Origin: a virus
Taxonomy: Duplodnaviria > Caudoviricetes
IMG/VR virus record: IMGVR_UViG_3300037313_000084
Span: 1 to 25,540 of that record
Direction: 5' to 3' (one strand)
DNA length: 25,540 nucleotides
The notes under the pieces are model-generated. The model had not been told where the DNA came from and made no database searches. It saw only the letters and a program-made list of their open reading frames with translations. The position numbers and the translations under genes are program-made. Shown piece by piece: positions 7,146-16,138 of this stretch. How positions within the stretch are numbered: the stretch's first letter is position 1; every line of letters begins with the position of its first letter.

Positions 7146-7586
7146 TCAGAGCTCGTCGACCATGAGTACCGTTGTGGGGTTGCCGCCGTAGATCGCGCAC
7201 GTGCCGCCCTGTCCGGATACGACAGCGTTGATCTTCATAGAGGTGTAATCCGCGCCGGTCCACGTGAACTCACCAACGATGTTGATCGAGACGATGCGCC
7301 CTGACAGACGACAGTCGGTGTAATCGACCCCGAACTGTGTTCCGGTGACGCTCGACGACGGGTCATAACGAAGAGAAGAGCGAAAGTACTGTCCACTGGT
7401 CCCGGGCAACAGTGCGCACTTGAACGTGGCGCGGTACCGGCGATTGCTGCGCAAGGTGACGGTGACCTGACCGCCGTTGAACTCAACGCCACTCGCGAAA
7501 GTGGGGCCAGTTGTCGTGTCAGTGATCTGCGTAGCGAGGTTGCGCACCGTGCCGCCGATGTCCTTGACGGTCCCGTCCCACGTCAT
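7146..7586 (-). CDS. Minor tail protein, beta-rich; possible receptor-binding tip
   Basis: 146 aa, Gly/Thr/Ser-rich beta pattern ending LMVDEL; last gene of the tail module; ATGA overlap. Confidence 0.65.
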   Translation of the reverse strand: MTWDGTVKDIGGTVRNLATQITDTTTGPTFASGVEFNGGQVTVTLRSNRRYRATFKCALLPGTSGQYFRSSLRYDPSSSVTGTQFGVDYTDCRLSGRIVSINIVGEFTWTGADYTSMKINAVVSGQGGTCAIYGGNPTTVLMVDEL

Positions 7587-8608
7587 GACGCGACCGCCAG
7601 CACGTCAGAGAGCGAGCGTGCGGCCATGCCGACCGGCGAGAGCGTGATCTCGTCACTGTCGACGCTGTATGTCGTCTCACCGATCACGAAGTCGACATAC
7701 GGCAAGATCAGCCCTTGCTCGTTGCGCACGCCGTGCAGTCGCACCATCTGACCCGCCTTCACGATCGGCAGATACGCAGGCGTGCCGCCCGGTGTGGTGA
7801 GCTGCCAGCGACTCGGCTTGACGGGGTTCGTCCAGCCGAGTCGAGCTTTGCCTTTGTCGAGCAGCCCTTGCGCTGTCGCTGTCGCTGTCGCTGTCGAAAC
7901 GCCGCCCAAGTTGCGCCCGTCGACTGCGAACTCTCGACGCCCGTACTGCGTCGCTGCGAGCGAGTTGCCGACGTGCACTGTGCTCAACGCGTACGTCGTG
8001 CTGTAGAAACGCAGATAGATGTCGCTCGCGTACTCGTCATCAGCGAGCCCGAAGACACCCGACCCCGGTGTCATGTGCCACGTCGGCACTGTCGGATCAG
8101 CTCGCACAAAGACCCTACCGAGTTCGTCGACTCCCCAGCGTTGAGAGATCGACTGCGCGTAGGCGTCGAGCAGATCGCTGACGTAGTTGAGCGCGTCAGT
8201 CGTGTCACCAGTTGCGAACGGCGACGAGCTGATCGACGTCGGTCGCGTCCAACGCATCCCACGTGTGATCGCCTGATCGATTGCTGTGTTCGGCGTTGAC
8301 GTCGTGACGCCTGACGCTGTGAGACAGAGATAGCCGCCGCCGTCTGCGCTGAGTCCGTCAGCGTGAAGCTGCCAGCCGTCATCGCTGTCGTCAGGTTCGC
8401 TCAGCACGCCCTTGAAGACATTCTGCGAACCCGTCTTGATCTCGACGAGCTGCCCGCGTCGCAGTGACGGGTGGCTGTAGCTGTGTGGGAGCTGCATGTT
8501 CCACGACGCTTGACCACAGCCGCCGTCTGCGAGCGTCGACCACGTGAGATCGGCCCACGCGCCGAGCGTGCTGAGCCACGTCCCGCCGACGAGAACGTTG
8601 AGACTCAT
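7583..8608 (-). CDS. Minor tail protein (baseplate hub/Tal-like)
   Basis: Second gene after the tape measure; GGCGQASW..LRRGQLVEI..VFKGVLSEP and VKAGQMVRL..FVIGETTY patterns; TGATG overlap start at 8608. Confidence 0.75.
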   Translation of the reverse strand: MSLNVLVGGTWLSTLGAWADLTWSTLADGGCGQASWNMQLPHSYSHPSLRRGQLVEIKTGSQNVFKGVLSEPDDSDDGWQLHADGLSADGGGYLCLTASGVTTSTPNTAIDQAITRGMRWTRPTSISSSPFATGDTTDALNYVSDLLDAYAQSISQRWGVDELGRVFVRADPTVPTWHMTPGSGVFGLADDEYASDIYLRFYSTTYALSTVHVGNSLAATQYGRREFAVDGRNLGGVSTATATATAQGLLDKGKARLGWTNPVKPSRWQLTTPGGTPAYLPIVKAGQMVRLHGVRNEQGLILPYVDFVIGETTYSVDSDEITLSPVGMAARSLSDVLAVAS

Positions 8609-10824
8609 CAGCTCGACCCGACGTGAGTGTGCCAACGGGGGAAGTAGCTGAGCACGATCGCTGCTGCTGTGCTGCCTGATGTCGCTGTGAAGACGTTGAC
8701 TTGCGGCGGCGCGAACTCGTGCACACCGAACGAGAGCACCTTCTCACCTGCGCCGAGCTCGTCGCTGCGATCAGATGCTGTGCCGAGCGAGATCGACGGC
8801 TCAGGATTGTCGAGCGACGCAGCGTCGAGCCAGAGACGCGACGCAGAACCGCCGCTCGATGGTGCGCCAGTACCGCATTCGACCCAGCTCAGTCGACCTG
8901 TCTCGACGTTGAAGAGCCAAGCTTCGTCGAGCTCGACGCCAGCCGGGGCAGACAGCGTCAATCGCACGATGCCGCTGCTGCCGAGCTTGCGCGTCGGCAA
9001 GTTGAGCGCTGCGACTGTGACGATTGTCCACGTGTTCGCAGCGAGCGCGACGTCTGTCGTGCCTGACTGACCGACGTCGTCTGTCGTGCCCATGCGCGAC
9101 TTGCCTGACCACGTCAGCGTGTATGTCGCAGCAGATGCGTGACGAATGCGCGCGAGCAGGAGATGCCCGCCCGCTTGAATGCCTGTTGCGGGCACGTCGA
9201 AGTTGTGCGCCGTCGACAGCGGCGTACGCGCACCAGAGACGAGCGAGCTGTCAGGCGTGACAGTTGGGCCAGCGACGAGATAGTTACGCAACGGAGGCTG
9301 CGCCATGCTCGCGATTACAGGCGACGTATAGACGAGCGTCGAGCCGAGAGCTGCGGGCGTCGCATCGACAAGCGCGAGATTTGCTTGAGCTCGCGCAGAG
9401 CCGTGCACGTCGACTGTTCGGAAATTCTCGCGCCCTGTCGTGCCGATCGTGAGCGCATTCGTTCGCGCGATCTCGTCGACGTAGCCGTAACCCGACGACG
9501 GTGGGTATGTGACACGGAACGACGTCAGCGTGCCGCCGATCGCGCTCGTGTCGAGCCAGTACGTGCTGCCACTCTGAGCGAGCACGCTCAGCGTCGTACC
9601 TTGCGAGAGTGTCGACGTCGACGCATGAGCTGTGCCTGTCCATGCGTAATCAGAGGTCGACGTGTCAGGGGTAGCGCCGTCGAAGTACGCGCCAGCAGAA
9701 GATGCCTGCTCAAACAGCACGCCGTCGATGTACTGCTGATCGGCTGTTGGGCCTTCGAACGAAACGAAGATCGCCGCCTGCGTGGTGCCCGCTGGTGCAG
9801 TCAACGTCGCGACGAGCCGCGTCCAGCTCCCGACGACAGTGTTCCCTTGAACGACTGTGCTACCGAGGGTTGTGCCCGTTCCGCTGTAGAACGTGACGTT
9901 CAGCGACGCAAGTCGCGCAGTCGTGACAGCTCGTACATACACACTCGCTGTGTACGTCTGCCCGCCAGTCGCAGGCATTGTCGGGTTCGTGACGCAGCCC
10001 GACTGATTGGTACCCGGTGACGACAGCACCATCGAGTAACTGCCCGAGAATGCAGCGGTGTTAACTCGCGTGAGCACTGTGCCGTTGAGCCCGCCCCACC
10101 CGGTTGTGTTCGTCTCGAATGACGGATTCGGGACGAGGTTCGTTCGCACGACCGCGAAGTTGGCGAGGAAGCTGCTCACGAGCGAGCCAGCGACGACGCG
10201 TAGATACGGCGTCGTTCCCATCGTGACCGCAAGAGCGTTGCGCTGTAGCCATGTTGTGTTGAACGGATCGAGCCCGACGCGCACAGTGCCGCCGCTCACG
10301 CTCGGGGTTCCCGAGCCTGACCAGTTCGTCGTCGCTGAGCCGTCGTCAATGACGACTGTCGTCACGCTCGCGGGCGGCGCAGGGATCGACACTGTCGTCA
10401 GCTCTTCTGAGCGCGCGAACGGCAGTGCAGGGATCGTCAGTACCCAGCGACGAAGGCCGTTCTGCTCCATGTCGTCGTCACGTTGAAACGCGAGCTTCGC
10501 GACGAACGTGTCAAAGACTGTCGCTGCTGCGATGCCGTCACCGGGGTCATAGACGAGCGTGTTACGCGGCTTCGCAGCTTCGAGCGCGAGCGCTGCTTCT
10601 GCGTCTGCTTGCGCAGCGAGATCGTCTGTCTCGACGAGGATCGTGAGCTCGATCTCGCGATTCGACGATCGATCAGCAGAGACAACTTCGCCGTCTTGAA
10701 GCTGCTGCTGCAACGCCTCGACGACGAGCTCAGGTGTGCCGAGCTCGCCGCCGTACTCCCACAGATACGGCGCGGCAGTGAGATCAAGATCGCCGTAACG
10801 AATGCTCGCGTTGAGCTCAGTCAT
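8608..10824 (-). CDS. Minor tail protein: Dit-like N-terminus with inserted carbohydrate-binding (CBM4/9-like) module
   Basis: First gene after the tape measure. DGEVVS..SNREIELTILV N-terminus; internal TNLVPNPSFETNTTGW...GQTYTASVYVR...WTRL...YIDGVLFEQ...YFDG. Confidence 0.8.
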   Translation of the reverse strand: MTELNASIRYGDLDLTAAPYLWEYGGELGTPELVVEALQQQLQDGEVVSADRSSNREIELTILVETDDLAAQADAEAALALEAAKPRNTLVYDPGDGIAAATVFDTFVAKLAFQRDDDMEQNGLRRWVLTIPALPFARSEELTTVSIPAPPASVTTVVIDDGSATTNWSGSGTPSVSGGTVRVGLDPFNTTWLQRNALAVTMGTTPYLRVVAGSLVSSFLANFAVVRTNLVPNPSFETNTTGWGGLNGTVLTRVNTAAFSGSYSMVLSSPGTNQSGCVTNPTMPATGGQTYTASVYVRAVTTARLASLNVTFYSGTGTTLGSTVVQGNTVVGSWTRLVATLTAPAGTTQAAIFVSFEGPTADQQYIDGVLFEQASSAGAYFDGATPDTSTSDYAWTGTAHASTSTLSQGTTLSVLAQSGSTYWLDTSAIGGTLTSFRVTYPPSSGYGYVDEIARTNALTIGTTGRENFRTVDVHGSARAQANLALVDATPAALGSTLVYTSPVIASMAQPPLRNYLVAGPTVTPDSSLVSGARTPLSTAHNFDVPATGIQAGGHLLLARIRHASAATYTLTWSGKSRMGTTDDVGQSGTTDVALAANTWTIVTVAALNLPTRKLGSSGIVRLTLSAPAGVELDEAWLFNVETGRLSWVECGTGAPSSGGSASRLWLDAASLDNPEPSISLGTASDRSDELGAGEKVLSFGVHEFAPPQVNVFTATSGSTAAAIVLSYFPRWHTHVGSS

Positions 10825-13553
10825 GACACCTTCCTGCGGCGCTTCGCTGCTGCTGCTGTGTCGTTCAGCGCGTTAGCTGTCTCGCGACCCGTCTTGTGCG
10901 GCTGCGTTCTGAGCTCCTTGTGGATCACGTCGAGCGCGTGACGCACCTTCGCGAGCTCAGCAGCTTCGGGCGATACGCCGCTGACTGCTGTGCCGATCTG
11001 GCTCGTCAGTCGCTGAATCTGGTTGAACTGGCTTTGTGCTGACTTCGCTTGCGACGCTGGGCCAGCAGCGAGCGCGAGGATCAGATCGGTGTTCCCTGAC
11101 GCGAAGAGCTGCTGCAAGAACGCGCCAGAGATGCCCTCTCTCGACAGCTTCTTAACGGCCTTGAGCACGCCGGGGAGCGTGCCCAAGCTCGACGCTGCTG
11201 TGCCGAGCAGATCGCTCAGTGAGCCTGAGAAGAGATCGGGGCGGAACGCATCCCTGACGCTCGACCCGATCTCGCTCATGCGCCCGACGAGCGACGAGAA
11301 ACGCTCAGTGAGTTTCTTCGCGAGAGTGGCAAGCGCCTTGTGTGCCTTGTCGCCGCCCTTGCGGATGCCCTCTGCGAGCCCTGCGGGAATCTGGATGCCG
11401 ATGTCACGGAACAGCTTCGACGGCGAGCTGATGTGCAGGAACTTCCTGATCGGGGCGGGAATCTTTTTGACGAGCTCGTCGATCTTGTCAGTGACGAAGT
11501 GCCATGCTCCCGCGATGCCGTTCTTGAGCCCGTTGACGATGTCTTCGCCGATCGGCTTGAGCAGATCGCCAAGCTTGCCGATGCCCTTGAGAATCTTCCC
11601 GCCGATCGTGCCGACGAAGCTGATCAACTTCGTGACACCCTTGCGCGCACCACGGCCTGCTGCTTCGAACGCTTCGAGCGCCCACACGCCGAGCCGCGTC
11701 TCCATCGTCTTCCAGAAGTTGAGCAGTCGACCCGGCAGGCCCTTGAACGCGCCGAGCACTTTGCTGATGATGCCCGCGCCGGGGAACTTGATGCTGCCGA
11801 AGCCCTCGCGGAACGCCTTGAAAAGATCGCCGCCGAAGCTCTTGAGCTTGTCGCCGAGCGCTTGCAGCCAACGCACTGTCGCTGCGAGGAACTTCCCGAC
11901 GAATGGGATGCGCGTCAAGATGCGCTCAAGTGGTGCAGCGAGCTTCGACGGCAAGAATGCGATCGACAGCGCTGCGATCAGAATCTCGGGCAGATGTTCC
12001 CAGATGCCTTTCCACAGAGCCGGGTCGCTGATGCCGTTGATGAGTCCTGTTGCGAGCCCGAGCACGAACGGCAGCGCAAGCGTGCCGACTTGGATGCCGA
12101 GTCCAACCCAGTCGATCGCCGCGAAGACGTCGCCGATCTTGCCGATGATCGCGCCCGTCTGCTGAGCGAGCGTGTCGATCGCGTTGAGGATGCCGTCTGC
12201 GAGCGCCTGCCCGAGCGACTTCGTGTCGAGATTGCCGAAGTCGATCTCAGAGACGCCGTCTGCGATTCGTCCGAGCGCGTCAGCGGCCTTGCCGAGTCCG
12301 CTGCGCAGATGATCGGCGGCGTCGCTCATGACGTCGAACGACGCTGCGAGTGCCTTGTGACCGGCCCCGTTCGTGAAGAAATCGTGCAGCTTCTCAGCCG
12401 CTGGGCCGACCCTCTTGCCGATGTCGTGGAACGTCGGCCCGATCCCGTTGATGCCGTCAGTCAGCAAGTGCAGACCGCTGATAACAGCGGGAGCGATGAA
12501 GCGCCCGAACTGAAGCGTGGCTGTCTCAAGCGAGCCCTTGAACTGCTCGACTGCGCCAGCGGTTCCCTTCATGCGCGCATTCGCGACGCGCTGCGCAGCG
12601 TCTTGATCCTTCGTCGCCTTGATGTACTTCGCGATGCCGCCCGCGCCCTCCTTCATCAAGACAGTCGCGGCACGCGTTGCGTCAGAGCCAAAGATCGTTG
12701 TCAGCGCGGTCGTGCGCTGCTCTTCTGACAGACCCGACAGGTTGGTACGGAGCTGCTCAGCAACTTTCGTGATCGGCAGGAAGTCGCCGTGCGCATCGAC
12801 GAAGTTGAGATGCAGGTGCTTCATCGCTGTAGCCGACTTCTCGGTCTGCGGCGCGAGACGCGACAGCATCGTCTTGAGCGATGTACCTGCGTCTGATCCC
12901 TTGATGCCCGCAGCGTCGAACGCAGAGAGCACGCCGACCGTCTGCTGAAGTGACAGACCGGCGTTCGTTGCACCGGGGCCGACTTGCCCGAGAGCTTCGC
13001 CGAGCGACTCGACAGACGCAGATGATGCGTTCGCGCCGCCAGCGAGAGCTGCGGCAACAGCGTTCATCTTGTTGCCACGCAAGCCAAACGTGTTCATCGC
13101 GTTCGATGCGATCGTGGCGGCGGTCGCCATGTCAGTACCGCCAGCAGCGGCGAGCGTCAGCGTGCCAGCGAGTGCGCCCGCCTTGATGTCTGCTGCGGAG
13201 ATGCCGCCCTTGGCGAGCTCAAGCATCGCGTCGCTTGCTTGCCCAGCGCTGAAGACGGTGTCAGCACCCATCTTGATCGCGAGTGCCGACAGCTCTTTGA
13301 CTTGAGCTTGTGGCACGTTCGCGACAGCGGCCATCGTGTTCATCGTTTGCGAGAACGACGCTTCGAGCCCGACAGCCTTCTTGATGAATCCGCCGATGCC
13401 GACTGCTGCGCCACCGCCGAGCAGCAGACCGAGACGACCGCCGAGACGCTTGCCGACGCCGTCGAGCTGGCCGCCGAGCTGACGCTCAGTCGCGAGGCCG
13501 AAACCACGCGCAGAGGGCATCAGCGACACAAACGCGGAGGCGACTTCGGCCAC
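10821..13553 (-). CDS. Tape measure protein (TP901-type core)
   Basis: 910 aa, Ala/Gly-rich. MAEVASAFVSLMPS start, TVFSAGQASDAMLELAKGG, GIKGSDAGTSLKTML, LHISSPSKLF; GGAGG SD before GTG. Confidence 0.96.
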   Translation of the reverse strand: MAEVASAFVSLMPSARGFGLATERQLGGQLDGVGKRLGGRLGLLLGGGAAVGIGGFIKKAVGLEASFSQTMNTMAAVANVPQAQVKELSALAIKMGADTVFSAGQASDAMLELAKGGISAADIKAGALAGTLTLAAAGGTDMATAATIASNAMNTFGLRGNKMNAVAAALAGGANASSASVESLGEALGQVGPGATNAGLSLQQTVGVLSAFDAAGIKGSDAGTSLKTMLSRLAPQTEKSATAMKHLHLNFVDAHGDFLPITKVAEQLRTNLSGLSEEQRTTALTTIFGSDATRAATVLMKEGAGGIAKYIKATKDQDAAQRVANARMKGTAGAVEQFKGSLETATLQFGRFIAPAVISGLHLLTDGINGIGPTFHDIGKRVGPAAEKLHDFFTNGAGHKALAASFDVMSDAADHLRSGLGKAADALGRIADGVSEIDFGNLDTKSLGQALADGILNAIDTLAQQTGAIIGKIGDVFAAIDWVGLGIQVGTLALPFVLGLATGLINGISDPALWKGIWEHLPEILIAALSIAFLPSKLAAPLERILTRIPFVGKFLAATVRWLQALGDKLKSFGGDLFKAFREGFGSIKFPGAGIISKVLGAFKGLPGRLLNFWKTMETRLGVWALEAFEAAGRGARKGVTKLISFVGTIGGKILKGIGKLGDLLKPIGEDIVNGLKNGIAGAWHFVTDKIDELVKKIPAPIRKFLHISSPSKLFRDIGIQIPAGLAEGIRKGGDKAHKALATLAKKLTERFSSLVGRMSEIGSSVRDAFRPDLFSGSLSDLLGTAASSLGTLPGVLKAVKKLSREGISGAFLQQLFASGNTDLILALAAGPASQAKSAQSQFNQIQRLTSQIGTAVSGVSPEAAELAKVRHALDVIHKELRTQPHKTGRETANALNDTAAAAKRRRKVS

Positions 13554-13585
13554 TAGATCAACCTCCGAACGTCGAGAGAGTGAGC

Positions 13586-14008
13586 TCAGCGCGAGCGAGT
13601 CGGTAGCGGGCCGTAATGCCCAGCAGCACGAAGAGCGGCGATGATCTCGCTCTGCGTCAGACGTGCATCAGGCTTCGCACGCTTCGTCGTGTTCGACGAC
13701 CACGGGCGGGGGTACGGCTTCGGGCGGGGACCCTTGCGACCGCTCTGCGCCCACGCGATCTGATGCTGCAAGTCAAAGAGGCTCATCAGCACGATCGCGT
13801 CATGCGTGATCGGGTGATCCCAGCCAGAGACGGCAGCCGCGACGTGCGACGACGGGTCGATCGAGAGCTGCTTCGTGATTCGCAGCGCTTCGCCCCATGA
13901 CATCGAGCGACCGATCACGCGTAATGACAGGCGAAGTCGCGCTCGCCAGTCGTATTCGAACGCTCCCCGGTGTGCGTCGATCAGATTGACGAGCGCGACT
14001 ATTCCCCC
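13586..14008 (-). CDS. Tail assembly chaperone, -1 frameshift extension (gpGT-like C-terminal part)
   Basis: Open -1 frame from the slippery site to 13586; AFEYDW..MSWGE..KPYPRPW pattern; lies between the chaperone and tape measure. Confidence 0.82.
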   Translation of the reverse strand, partial: GGIVALVNLIDAHRGAFEYDWRARLRLSLRVIGRSMSWGEALRITKQLSIDPSSHVAAAVSGWDHPITHDAIVLMSLFDLQHQIAWAQSGRKGPRPKPYPRPWSSNTTKRAKPDARLTQSEIIAALRAAGHYGPLPTRSR

Positions 14009-14292
14009 AGCGATGCGCCTGAGAGCGCCTCGTACTCTGCTTGCCACGCGACGAACATCGACTGGAAGTCGTTCAAGTCCATTTCGTCGATCACGTCGGC
14101 CTGATCAGGGATCAAGTTCTCAAGCAGCTCAAACATGACAGCGGCGCTCATGTCGCGATCTGCGAGAGCTCGAATGACCTTGAGCTTGATGCGCATCGGA
14201 ATGCGCACGTGATCGCCCTCGTCGGTCGTCCAGATGAACGTGCGCCCGTCGATGCTGTACCGCTGACCGTTCGTCGCTGTCTTCTCTGGCAT
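13999..14292 (-). CDS. Tail assembly chaperone (gpG-like)
   Basis: 97 aa after the major tail gene; ends CTG GGG GAA TAG (LGE*); GAGAGG SD. Confidence 0.88.
   Translation of the reverse strand: MPEKTATNGQRYSIDGRTFIWTTDEGDHVRIPMRIKLKVIRALADRDMSAAVMFELLENLIPDQADVIDEMDLNDFQSMFVAWQAEYEALSGASLGE
14002..14008 (-). promoter_or_regulatory. Programmed -1 frameshift slippery sequence GGGGGAA
   Basis: Immediately precedes the TAG stop; the -1 frame continues GGA ATA GTC GCG CTC; typical of actinophage tail chaperones. Confidence 0.85.
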
Positions 14293-14350
14293 GCGCGTGC
14301 CTCTCTGTGTGCGCGGATAGATGAATTCGCGCGGAATCGTGTTGTGAGAA

Positions 14351-14393
14351 CGTCGGGCGACGCGCGTCCGCGCAGAGCACGCGTCGCCCGACG
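14351..14393 (-). terminator. Stem-loop after the major tail gene (terminator/attenuator)
   Basis: Perfect 14-bp IR CGTCGGGCGACGCG (14351-14364) / CGCGTCGCCCGACG (14380-14393), 15-nt loop; followed by UUCUC in the mRNA. Confidence 0.7.
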
Positions 14394-14398
14394 AGCTG

Positions 14399-14953
14399 TT
14401 ACGGCGTCTTGAGCGCAGTCGCCCAGCGCTTGAAGTTGAACCCAGCGGTCGGATCGAGATCGGCTTCGATCGTGACTTCGTAACCGATCGGGTCGCCGTT
14501 GCTCAGCGTGTGTGCGCCGACCTCCGTAACGACGCCCTTCGGGACGTAATCACGAATCAGCTCAGCGCCGTCGATCGCATCGATGACGTAGCTATTGTCA
14601 GGTCGCGTCGTCACTTCGAACTCGAAAGAGCCCTCAGTCGCGCCAGATGTGACGCTGACGCCGAAATACGTCTCGACTGTGTCGATCGTCGTCTCGATCA
14701 TCGTGAAGTGCCACGACGGATTCTCATCGCTCGGCGTGCGAATCGTGCGCACGGTCGTCCCGTTCTGCCACGCCTTGATCGGCGTCGAATCGCCCGCACC
14801 GGGCATCGAGATTTCGACGCCGTCTTCACTGATGTAGCCGAGCTCGGTGTGAGCTGCCGGTGCGCCTGACGTGCCGGTCGGCGCAGTCGCACCGTAGTCG
14901 CCCTTGAAGACGCCACCAGTGACGGCCACGCGCACATTGCCCGCGTCTGTCAT
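14399..14953 (-). CDS. Major tail (tube) protein
   Basis: NVRVAVTGGV, LGYISEDGV, IKAWQNG, FTMIET and IGYEVTI motifs; AAGGAG SD. Confidence 0.93.
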   Translation of the reverse strand: MTDAGNVRVAVTGGVFKGDYGATAPTGTSGAPAAHTELGYISEDGVEISMPGAGDSTPIKAWQNGTTVRTIRTPSDENPSWHFTMIETTIDTVETYFGVSVTSGATEGSFEFEVTTRPDNSYVIDAIDGAELIRDYVPKGVVTEVGAHTLSNGDPIGYEVTIEADLDPTAGFNFKRWATALKTP

Positions 14954-14956
14954 GTC

Positions 14957-15109
14957 TTACTCCTTCGTTGTGGCGTTGTCCGCCGTGTCGGTTGCTGCTT
15001 TCTTGCGGGGCGCGGAAACAGTGCGCCAGCCTTGCGACTCGTACATCGGCACTTGGGCAGGCGAGACGTCGATCTTGTGATCGCTGGCGGGGTGCTTCAT
15101 CTTCGGCAT
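14957..15109 (-). CDS. Small hypothetical protein (50 aa), not in the ORF track
   Basis: Hand-translated MPKMKHPASDHKIDVSPAQVPMYESQGWRTVSAPRKKAATDTADNATTKE*; fills the gap between tail terminator and major tail; GAGAGAG upstream. Confidence 0.7.
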   Translation of the reverse strand: MPKMKHPASDHKIDVSPAQVPMYESQGWRTVSAPRKKAATDTADNATTKE

Positions 15110-15124
15110 GTCGACTGCTCTCTC

Positions 15125-15517
15125 TTACGGGGTGGGTTGCAGCTCTTCGCCACGCACGACGACTTCAAACGTCATGTATCTACGCGGCGTCGAATCTGCG
15201 ATCGGCGACGGCCCTGACGTCTGTTGCACGCGCACGATCGGCGTGCCGTCAGCAGCGATGCGCATGAGCGCGCAGAGCGTCTGCGCGAGGTTCGCGACCT
15301 TCTGCTCTGTCGCGTCGAAGACGTTGACGCCGAGTCGAGCTGCTTCGCGTACGACGTCGAGCGTCGGGCCACCGTCGCGACGCACCCACACTGCTTGTGT
15401 CTGTGTCTCGCGGCGGTTCGAGACGAAGATGTCGGGATAGCCGTACTCAGCGAGCGCGCTGCGTAGATACGTCGTGACGACGAGCTCGACGTCAGGAAAG
15501 ACGATCGGCGTGCTCAT
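15125..15517 (-). CDS. Tail terminator
   Basis: FPDVELVVTTYL, VWVRRDGG and SGPSPIAD motifs; synteny; ATGA overlap. Confidence 0.85.
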   Translation of the reverse strand: MSTPIVFPDVELVVTTYLRSALAEYGYPDIFVSNRRETQTQAVWVRRDGGPTLDVVREAARLGVNVFDATEQKVANLAQTLCALMRIAADGTPIVRVQQTSGPSPIADSTPRRYMTFEVVVRGEELQPTP

Positions 15518-15786
15518 CGTGCAGCGTCCAGAGCTCGCGCGAGATTGCCTGTCTGAGCTTCGACCCAGAGAGCGTGATCAGTACCCGCGACGATGCGTGC
15601 GACAACGCGATCTGTATGCACAACTTCGATGTGCAGCGAGTCGCGATAAGCGCCTGTCGCAACAGGCGCATTGCTCTTCGCGAACGCGAGCGCCTTCGAC
15701 ATGCGCGCTTCGAGCATGTCGCCGACCTTCGTCGAGTTGAGCAGCTCTGCCATGCCGCGCGCGTCGAGTCGGGTCCTTCTGCGCAT
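15514..15786 (-). CDS. HK97 gp10-like neck/tail-completion protein
   Basis: APVATGAYRDS...HALWVEAQTGNLARAL; start moved to ATG 15786. Confidence 0.82.
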   Translation of the reverse strand: MRRRTRLDARGMAELLNSTKVGDMLEARMSKALAFAKSNAPVATGAYRDSLHIEVVHTDRVVARIVAGTDHALWVEAQTGNLARALDAAR

Positions 15787-15793
15787 CGACGTC

Positions 15794-16138
15794 TCACCCT
15801 CTCGATCGCTCGACTTGCACGACGAGCCCCGGCTGCCAATCGGCGAGCGGCGAGCGCCACTCGGCAGGCTCGCCAAGCACGCTGTATGTATTGCCGCGAA
15901 CGACGACGCGACTGCTCGCGTCGATCGCTGTACCTGCTGGCAGATAGAGCGTGAAGCCGCTGACGACTTGATTCCGCGCGTCTTGCAGTGGCTCGCCAGA
16001 TGGGCGCGGCTCGACTGCGACGCCTTCGACTGTGACGCTCGTTGCGTTGTCCCAATCGGGCGCGTCTTCGTTCGAGTACGGGTCAGTCGTGACGCCCGCT
16101 GTCAGTACGTTGATCGTCTCGCCGTACGGGTAGCTCAT
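15794..16138 (-). CDS. Head-to-tail stopper
   Basis: DPY...DW, FTLYLP, RVVVRGNTYSVLGEPAEW; synteny. Confidence 0.85.
   Translation of the reverse strand: MSYPYGETINVLTAGVTTDPYSNEDAPDWDNATSVTVEGVAVEPRPSGEPLQDARNQVVSGFTLYLPAGTAIDASSRVVVRGNTYSVLGEPAEWRSPLADWQPGLVVQVERSRG

Noticed and set aside
7872-7896. (GCTGTC)x4 microsatellite
   Set aside because: In-frame 6-bp unit encoding Thr-Ala repeats; would not cause phase variation.
11023-12728. Long plus-strand ORFs (380 and 462 aa) opposite the tape measure gene
   Set aside because: Antisense shadows caused by GC-rich codon bias; no motifs or RBS.
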